Assembly: GCA_002811645.1 (NCBI GenBank)
Contig: PDIP01000013.1
Span: forward strand, 61,248-125,247
Length of the DNA stretch: 64,000 nucleotides
Direction of reading: 5' to 3'
Origin: Corallochytrium limacisporum Hawaii
Lineage: Eukaryota > Protista > Pluriformea
The notes under the pieces were generated by a model. It was given only the letters and a program-made list of their open reading frames with translations. It was not told the origin of the DNA and ran no database searches. Positions within the stretch are counted from its first letter, which is position 1. The number at the start of each line of letters is the position of its first letter. A program made the position numbers and the translations under genes. Below are positions 56,396-64,000 of this stretch, piece after piece.

Positions 56396-56641
56396 ATGGT
56401 TTTCCTAAACAGAGCACATCAGTTCCGGGTAGCACCGGCGAACCCCGCAATGGGAGTGGGAGAAATGCTCGTGGCAGGTCTTGCCATTGCATGTGTTGTT
56501 TATGGGCCAAAGAATGTCATCCCCAAGCTCATGCAGACCGCCAAGGACGCCCGCGATGCCGTGCAGGACATCGCAGAGGAAGATCGGAAAAAAGACACTA
56601 CAAATAAGAAGACTACCGACGGTAAAGACTCAGAAAAGTAG
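56396..56641 (+). CDS. TatA/TatB-family (twin-arginine translocase) protein with N-terminal extension
   Basis: MGVGEMLVAGLAIACVVYGPKNVIPKL matches the TatA/B pattern (E, short TMH, GP..P hinge, amphipathic helix, charged tail). The ATG is in a gccATGg context and the ORF is convergent with LST8 across 61 bp. Confidence 0.7.
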   Translation: MVFLNRAHQFRVAPANPAMGVGEMLVAGLAIACVVYGPKNVIPKLMQTAKDARDAVQDIAEEDRKKDTTNKKTTDGKDSEK

Positions 56642-56702
56642 AAAATAAACTCACTGATTTCACAACCATGCGCGTTTCGTAATTTGCCCTAGGTGACTTG
56701 CT

Positions 56703-57953
56703 TTATTCCACTGGTTGGTCAGATAAGGCACAGCAGGTAACAGCCTTTTGGTGCCCACTATAGCAACGCACTGTTTCTCCATTGGTGAGATTCCAGAGCC
56801 TGGCGTGGTGATCACTGCTGGCCGTAAGCAGCCAGGCGGAATCGATGCTAAAAGTAGCGTCCCAGACCCACCGTTGGTGACCACGCAAGGTCATCAGGGG
56901 CTGGATCTCCACCCTGTCCGCCGTGGGACCCTCGTCCACAATCTTCCAGAGTTTCACGCACAAATCTGCCGAAGTAGTAGCGATACGGGATGGGTCTTTG
57001 GCAGGCACAATACGAAGAACGTATGACTCATGCGCATCAACGCTGGCCAGTAAATTCGGACGCTTGTTTTTCGACAGGTGCATGCTGCCAACATTCGGCA
57101 GAGTGCCCTGACTCGCACTAGTTTCGTCTACCTGATTGTTTTCGCTATCTTTCTTGGACCCACTCTCATGCTCAACATTTCCATTCGTCACTGAGGGTTC
57201 TGAATTCTCCCCTGCGGCTTGGGTCGCGTTCGTGGTGCCCACATTGCTCACATTGGGCAATGAGCCGGAGCCACCTTCCTCGTCTACCCAGTCCCACAGG
57301 AAGAGGTTTAGTTTGCCCTTCTCATCGCCGTAGAGCACGTACTGACCCGCCGCGTTGACTGCAATGCATCTTGCGATTGCATCCGCGGGTGTATGCCAGG
57401 TATGCACCAACTTGTCGCCCTTAATGTCATAAACCATGATGCTGCCCTTGTAATCAGCACAAACCAGTTCTGCCTGATTCGGATGCAGGACACAGTCACC
57501 AATTGGGGTTCCATGTTTGAAGATACGGATCGCAATACCTTGCGCACTACCAGGTCTAACCTCCCAAATGCGTAGTGTGCCATCTTCAGAGGCGCTCCAG
57601 ATCCAACGTCCATCATAGCGGTAACCAATGGCTGTGACGTTGCCGGTGTGCCCGTCGCAGTTGGCCACAGGAACCTGGACATTGTTATTGACAGCGTCAT
57701 AGACTCTGATATTTTGAGCCCCTGCAGCCACGAGCCGGGAACCGTCCGGACTGAAGCACAGACGATTCACCTGGGACTCTGCGTACTGCAAAGTCCGATA
57801 GCAGACACCACCACGGACTTCCCAGAATCTGATGGTATGGTCATACCCGGCGGTCGCAAATAGTACCTTGGATTCTTGCTTGCCTGCCTGCCCAGGCTTT
57901 GCCTGCTTTTGTTGCTGTGCATGGTCTGTCACAGGGGCCGAAGCTTCCGGCAT
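56703..57953 (-). CDS. LST8: TOR complex subunit LST8 (WD40)
   Basis: ATAGYDHTIRFW, SQVNRL, HPNQAEL, GHQRWVWD and YSGHQKAV motifs; low-complexity internal insertion. Confidence 0.95.
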   Translation of the reverse strand: MPEASAPVTDHAQQQKQAKPGQAGKQESKVLFATAGYDHTIRFWEVRGGVCYRTLQYAESQVNRLCFSPDGSRLVAAGAQNIRVYDAVNNNVQVPVANCDGHTGNVTAIGYRYDGRWIWSASEDGTLRIWEVRPGSAQGIAIRIFKHGTPIGDCVLHPNQAELVCADYKGSIMVYDIKGDKLVHTWHTPADAIARCIAVNAAGQYVLYGDEKGKLNLFLWDWVDEEGGSGSLPNVSNVGTTNATQAAGENSEPSVTNGNVEHESGSKKDSENNQVDETSASQGTLPNVGSMHLSKNKRPNLLASVDAHESYVLRIVPAKDPSRIATTSADLCVKLWKIVDEGPTADRVEIQPLMTLRGHQRWVWDATFSIDSAWLLTASSDHHARLWNLTNGETVRCYSGHQKAVTCCALSDQPVE

Positions 57954-58577
57954 GGTTTATTGTTGCTGCAGGATGTTTATATGAGGTTGCCAAGTAAAGT
58001 ACTATTTACATGTTTTCACGGTTTGTTCCCTCGAACCGATTGCCGTCAAACCACTTGACAATAGGGTGCTCCTGATTCGAGACCGTATTTCCATCCTAGT
58101 TATTATAAAACGGACGTATTTCTCATATAGCATTGGGAACCAGGCATGCGGCACAAGCTGGCGTCTCGTCGGGGTCCTCCCTTACTCACCAGTTGCCCCG
58201 GTGCGTCCGAACCCCACAACAGTAGCCAGTCTTCTGCCCTCGCAATAAGGAGGGGGCCAAGGAAGAAGTTGATAAGCTGTGGACGGAGGAAGACTAGGCG
58301 CGGCAGGGGAAGGCAAAGCCAACCCGCCCCCTCCCCGGAGCGCCCTCCCTCCAGGGTGGGTTTGGGGAGGGACCGAGGTGGCGGGGAGTCAGAAGATTGA
58401 GCAGTATTTTCAGGTGACTTGACACGTACGCAACTGTATAATGGCCCAAGAAAATCACATAATGAAGATGATCTCATGGACATGGTAATGTAGACTGTAG
58501 TAATGATGATTGATGTTGACTATTATACAAATGGTTTTTGATGTGTTGATGACGGAATGTTTGATGTGTATGGAAAC

Positions 58578-59996
58578 TTAGAACACCTGGATGGGCACGG
58601 CCTGCGGGAAGAGTAAAATGCCACTGTTGCCGATCTCCAGACCACAACCAACGAGTTGCAGAGGGTAGCCAATTTGCGGGAATTGGCGACTGAAGACCTG
58701 GCGTGATTCTCGTGCCCTTCTTTTGGTGTTGGACACCCGACGAAGGACAATGGCATCGTATATGTTCTGGTCCTGACCTTCGGTCATTGCGTGTGCCTTG
58801 ACCTCGGCCAGAGGCATGTGGAACGGAGGACGGCTCAACCACCGACTCAAGGCCTCGGCTTCAGGCAGGTAGCGGAAAGTCAATTGACCCTTGTAGACAT
58901 CGTCACCCACCACTGGCAGATTCAAGGCTCCGTGGCAGACCTTGCGGATGTGGTGCCGTTGACCTCGGGCAAGAGCGGCCTCCATGGGGAACACAGGCAC
59001 CTGCTCCTTCAGATCGCTGGAGTGGGCCTCGCTTAAGGCCTCAAGAGTGGTTTCAATGTCGACATAGAAGCGCACACTTGAGGAAACCCGGTGAGGACCG
59101 CTGGAGTCCGGTACGGTAAGGTCAAACACTAATCCATCCCGGCGGCTGCCGTGGACAACGGACCAGTATTCAGTACGTTCCCAACGCACGGGTTTGTTGT
59201 CGCTGGTAAGGAGGTCATCCTGAACAGATCCACCAGAAATTACGTCCTCCAGCACACGCTCTAAACTGCGTAGGAAACGAGGCCGCCGTCCGTAGACGTC
59301 CCGAGCAGCATTACTGACCAGCACCGCATACCGGGAGCGCACCATCCCGTTGGCTTTGCCATTTTCGATCACATCTCTGTGCTCTTCGGAGAAGAGCAGC
59401 CAACCTCGGGCAGAGTTGTCCAGTCGAGAGGTCAACCCACTTTTGGAGGGTACTAAAGAAGCCCTGATGGCCGGATCGTGGTGCATCATGTGCTCCAAAT
59501 TTGCTTGGTCCACGACACTGATGGCCGCAGTCGGCAGTCCCGCAGACTTGTAGACAAATACTGCCTTCCTGGACAACTCGCTTGCCAGCTCCTGGCTTTC
59601 GTCGGTAGCAATGCTATCGTACAATGGTGGTGTCGTTAGCGGCTTACTTGTATTGTACAGGCTCCACTGCAGTGGACTCGGCCGGACGACCGATCCGTTA
59701 ATCTGAATGTTCACATTGGGATCCTTTCCTTTCTTTAGGCGTCTACGAACCGATCCGTAACCAATCGGGTTTCCTCCATTATCTGTTAAAGTTATGGCCT
59801 TATCGTGTACCAACTGACTGGCTAGAAGGTTGCTCATCGGCGGAACCTGATCTGCGTATGCTGCAACCACAGCGTTCTTTAAGCTACTTACGTTCTGTCC
59901 CGGTAGAGGTCGTGGAGTTCGCAATGTGCGCTCTACTTGCTCCAGGCTAGGTAGCGCCTGCTTGCACCGCGACACACCGTCGACGATCCTCTTCAT
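58578..59996 (-). CDS. divergent RluA-family pseudouridine synthase
   Basis: VYKSAGLPT (motif I), SRLDNSARGWLLF (HRLD-type catalytic Asp) and RGQRHHIR...LPVVGDDVY (motif III); start set to the ATG at 59996. Confidence 0.75.
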   Translation of the reverse strand: MKRIVDGVSRCKQALPSLEQVERTLRTPRPLPGQNVSSLKNAVVAAYADQVPPMSNLLASQLVHDKAITLTDNGGNPIGYGSVRRRLKKGKDPNVNIQINGSVVRPSPLQWSLYNTSKPLTTPPLYDSIATDESQELASELSRKAVFVYKSAGLPTAAISVVDQANLEHMMHHDPAIRASLVPSKSGLTSRLDNSARGWLLFSEEHRDVIENGKANGMVRSRYAVLVSNAARDVYGRRPRFLRSLERVLEDVISGGSVQDDLLTSDNKPVRWERTEYWSVVHGSRRDGLVFDLTVPDSSGPHRVSSSVRFYVDIETTLEALSEAHSSDLKEQVPVFPMEAALARGQRHHIRKVCHGALNLPVVGDDVYKGQLTFRYLPEAEALSRWLSRPPFHMPLAEVKAHAMTEGQDQNIYDAIVLRRVSNTKRRARESRQVFSRQFPQIGYPLQLVGCGLEIGNSGILLFPQAVPIQVF

Positions 59997-60775
59997 CGTT
60001 CGCAGGCCGTTGTACTTGGGCGTGGTATTTCTAACATGTGGCACAAAAGTTTCTTTAAGGCATGGATCAGAACAAAGATCCGAACTATATTTTCCTCCTC
60101 GGTACCCGTGGATCAAAAGCACGTGCGCTCTCTCAAATATGTTCTTACTATAGTCTAAACTGCATGCATTGATTAAACCTGTGCAAGCACTCAATCATTA
60201 GCGCCATCAGCAACCCGTGTCTTCGGTGCCGGGACGGAAACATGATGAGATAGACGGACAGATAGACCGATAGACGAGTTGGTGAGGATGAACCCGTGCG
60301 CACCACCCTTCGGCCGCCACTCGTCTCCCCATGCTTCCCATGCGGTCCCTCTACCATTTTTCCCTGAGGGCGAACTTGGAGGGAAGCATTGAAATCAATT
60401 CCTGGGCCTACGACAACTGTAGAAAATCAGCAGACCGGCAAAAAAAGTGCGCAAAGATGGGGACCGCGGGCAGAAAAGGGGGGGGGGGGAGGGGGAGAGA
60501 CGGATGACGCTTGGGTTGGACCGGGGCCCAAAAGTCACTAAACGTCCGGTAATTGTTGTGTGTTTTGTATTTTGATAATTCGTTTGGGTTTGCTTTTTGT
60601 TTTGGTGTTTCCGTTGTTTCGTTGCATGATGTGGTGATTATGATGTCCTGATCATGGTCCTTACTGTTGCTCCTGATGCTTGGTTTAAATGATGATTAGT
60701 AACGGATGCAGTAATGAGGCCAGAACCAGAGCTTCGAGGTCCAAGGCCAGCTTGGGGGAGCAAGATGTACTCAAC

Positions 60776-61522
60776 TCAAAGCACAAAGTCAGTCACCCGA
60801 CGCGGTTGGTTGGACACAGGCTGGAACAGAGGAGAATGGTCCTCGTCCATCTGGAACTGCGCTTTCGGCTCCACAGTGTCCTCCACCATGTCGTCCATTA
60901 CCCGGCTGTTGTTCACTGATTCATCACTGTGGCAGCGGCAGCTGAAGAACAGCATACGATTCAGTTTCTTGTTGTAGAAAAAGTACGCAAAGCTCCAGAT
61001 GTTACCCTCGTCGACGAATGGGTCGCTGTCGTTGTCCGGAATGTAAGAGTAGACACCACAATCTGCCAGCTCAATCTTTTCGTCAATTGTCTGCCACATT
61101 CTCCGCTTCACGGTCGGTGAGAAGGCCTCGCCCGCTGTCTCCTGGAAAGTGTTATTAATGCTCTCAACAACCAATGAGTAAGGTTCCCGGCTAAATTGTG
61201 TAGCAGGAGAGTTCGTGAAGTCGTAGTCGGGGAAACTTGCGTTCAGAGTGGCAATCAAATGACAGAGAACTTTCCTCGACACCATCTTAGGCACCGCCAG
61301 TTCGGGCGACCCAGAATGGGTAAGGGTTACCGTGAGCGGCGGGCTCAATGCCTCCATATGCCCTTCAGCATCTCCACTGAGCATTTGTGCGTACAATTTC
61401 TTGTCATTCTGTGTCAGTTTTAACGAGTACAGCTCCAGCTGAGTCTCTATTCCGCGGCCGTCAAACATACGACTCAGGTCAGAGGTGACCTGGTCCATTT
61501 TTGCTTCTTCCAAGTATTTCAT
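60776..61522 (-). CDS. MAF1: RNA polymerase III repressor Maf1
   Basis: MKYLE, LELYSLK...DKKLY, LIATLNASFPDYDF and IWSFAYFFYNKKLNRMLFF motifs. Confidence 0.96.
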   Translation of the reverse strand: MKYLEEAKMDQVTSDLSRMFDGRGIETQLELYSLKLTQNDKKLYAQMLSGDAEGHMEALSPPLTVTLTHSGSPELAVPKMVSRKVLCHLIATLNASFPDYDFTNSPATQFSREPYSLVVESINNTFQETAGEAFSPTVKRRMWQTIDEKIELADCGVYSYIPDNDSDPFVDEGNIWSFAYFFYNKKLNRMLFFSCRCHSDESVNNSRVMDDMVEDTVEPKAQFQMDEDHSPLFQPVSNQPRRVTDFVL

Positions 61523-64000
61523 ATCTCTTTTTGTTCAGGAATTCCTTCTACCGATTCCGTTTGTATTATTCCTGATAACGTGTGCTGATTAGAACCGTAT
61601 CCGATAGTCAGATGCCATAGTAAAAAAAACTGTGCCGAATGCTTCCCTGTATACACCGTATCTTGTGTCGCAATTACCTCGTTATAAATCTCTGTTTTCA
61701 GATCGAGGAAAGATTTCGGTGCACACCCTGTTTCAAGTACCATCAATTCGATTATGATACAGTATTAACCAATTCTATTCCCAGACCGCATACCGTTCTG
61801 CAATTGCGTCCAGAAGCGTAGCCGTCCAAATCCTTGCACTGTCCATTCCAAGCTCACTGACAGTGCTACAGTCCTACGCTCTACACCCGAAGCCACAGAA
61901 TCCAACGGTCCCGAACGCAGTTCATTTTGACTTCCTTCGGACACTCATAGAACAACTATGCAAGACTGATATCCTCGACTCCGTCTGTCCCCCGACGGAA
62001 ACTGGTCGAGATGGAAGACGCGACGGACAACCAAGGGTACAGATTTTCTCCGTCTCTGTCCGAAACCCTCCGCATCTCCAGTACTTTCACTACCAACTGC
62101 CGAGGTATTAGACTGTATCGCCCACCTCAAAACCTCAGCGGTGGCCAAATTTAGCGAGATGTACCGAAAAAGGGGAGGGGACCTAATTTCTCCGTTGGAT
62201 ACTGAATGTACCGGAAGAAGCGATGGGGAAGTCAAGGGACGGATGCAGATAGCAAGCGAACAAGCGACCAAAAGAAAAGAAAGGGGAGGGGCACGGAAGC
62301 GCAGGAGAAATATCGGTGACGAGATCAAAAAAAGGGCTCGTAAGACCACTGAACCATCAGTACATAAAATATTCCTCTTGTGCGATCCGGTGTGTGAACC
62401 TCCCCGCCCCCCCATTCTCTGCACATCCCAAGAGGGAGGAGTTGTTGAGAAGAACGCGCTCTTTTCCCTTCGTGCAAGACCACTTTCGGTTGGTTGCGAG
62501 TCCTTTTGTATGGACGGATGGATTAGGGTTAGACGCTCTGGAGTTTTTTTTCTTTTTTTTTTCGTGGGTCAAATGGCCCTCCTCCTGCGGCTGCAGGGAG
62601 GGTCGGTCTGCTGACACGGAGCACAACGATGGATACTCAATGAACCTGTTTTATTTTCTTGCGTACGGTGTTTTGTCCCCGCACTGTTGGAGATTTTTTT
62701 TTTAAATAATCGCGCTTGGGCCTGGTGTCGGCCGCTGGGCGCGTCACAAAAACACACCGCGCCGCGATCAATAAATTCCTCCAAAAGTCCAAGCAGAGAT
62801 GCTGTGTTGAGTCAGCAAACCATAGTAAATCAATGGACTCTCACACCGCCTACTCGAAACTAATAACACAAGGGAAAAATAATGATAGGACCCTTTTGGG
62901 GTTGAGAGGAGGAGGCGGAAGAACATCTCACTCTCCTCCCAGTTACCTCTCGCAATGAAATTCCCCATACTTAATGAATTGATTGAAATTTCATACTTTT
63001 CTGGCCTACGATAAAAAGGAGACCACCGTGGCAAGGGAATTTCGTGGCGAATGATTTTCTTCAGTAAACGTTCGGCAACCGTTGCAGGTGTTTTGGTAGT
63101 AAATGTACTGCTATTGTTGTGGATGTCGTGATTCCTGCTCGGCCCGTTTCGACACACCACTGGGAAAGGGGGACGGTTGGGGCCGCTTCGCTCGCTGGCC
63201 CCTGCCCACCAACCAACCCAACCTCCCTCTCTTCCCCTCCCCCCATCGCCTGTCGGTTCAATACTTTCAGGCCCGAATATGACCAGCGATTGGTCAGAGA
63301 ATGATTCGAGCAAAATACGGGCCTCACCTCCTTTCGCGCCCAGCGCCCAAAAATATGTATTAAAAACAGAAGCGGGAGAAGGGGGGGAGGGTCTAAAAAA
63401 CTCCTGCTGCCCGTACCCAACCCCCCCAGTGCGGCGGGGACCGTACTATCGTCCTCCCCTCCCCCCAAAAAAGACTTTATTTGGAGCCCAAATAAAGGCA
63501 GGTTTTACCGTAAGAACGTGGCACGACACAATCCACGGATCCCATTATATTAGACTCCCTAGCGAACGCAATGGCTGACGCACGGTGGAGGCAAAACGCG
63601 CGCCTTCCGTCGCCCTACTTTTTTTGCCCAAAATCCAAATTCAGGGGCACATCACCCGTTTTTTTTTTCAATTTTGTTTCTTGCGCCTCCCTCCTTGGTG
63701 GTACGTTTCGTGAATGTTGGATTGGGGGGGGGGTACCGAATGATCCTTTGTGGGAGAATCGAGAAGCAATTTTTGTGGTGGTGCATGGGGGGGGGGAGGA
63801 GGGCGAGCGGTAGGGGGTACCACTATTCCCAATTCTTGCACCTTTCACTTTTTTTCTGTGGTTCATAACTGTCCCCCTCACTACAATAATTCTGGAAGGA
63901 CCAACTTTCCCCGGCTGGGCACAAAACTGAACACCTTGTTAGTAAGTTGTACCGTGTTCCCTGGCTGAATGGGCAAGGCACAGTGGGTGGAGGGGGGAGG

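Noticed and set aside
1-64000. CRISPR arrays, transposons, viral insertions, rRNA or snRNA genes
   Set aside because: I saw no repeat-spacer arrays, transposase/RT/integrase ORFs, terminal repeats or recognisable rRNA/snRNA motifs by eye; a covariance-model scan could still find small RNAs.

Overview
Compact, gene-dense eukaryotic nuclear DNA. It holds about 26 protein-coding genes, each a single uninterrupted ORF, plus one tRNA gene and one probable pseudogene. The gene content mixes animal-like genes (Gq/G12-like G-alpha, SK-type channel, PAH, TBC1D31, PCYOX1) with genes animals lack (ILV3, VTC1). Together with the absence of coding introns, this suggests an intron-poor unicellular holozoan such as Corallochytrium (inference, not verified). 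Most genes form tail-to-tail pairs with 38-342 bp spacers, separated by longer divergent regions full of C/G homopolymers and C(n)G(n) palindromes. Main finding: a minus-strand tRNA-Cys(GCA) at 51350-51444 has a 23-nt insert in its T-loop (position 59/60) that folds into a perfect archaeal-type bulge-helix-bulge, and canonical BHB cleavage would restore an exact TTCGAAT T-loop. Second finding: an 81-aa ORF at 56396-56641 looks like a nuclear-encoded TatA/TatB subunit with a short presequence, suggesting a mitochondrial Tat translocase in an opisthokont. Also notable are an SK-type channel lacking the GYG filter, a glutaminase fused to a TerB-like domain, and a bacterial-type ChrR cupin with a presequence. 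All protein calls come from motif recognition by eye, not database searches. Where the ORF track begins at TTG/GTG or well upstream, I moved the start to the most plausible ATG.
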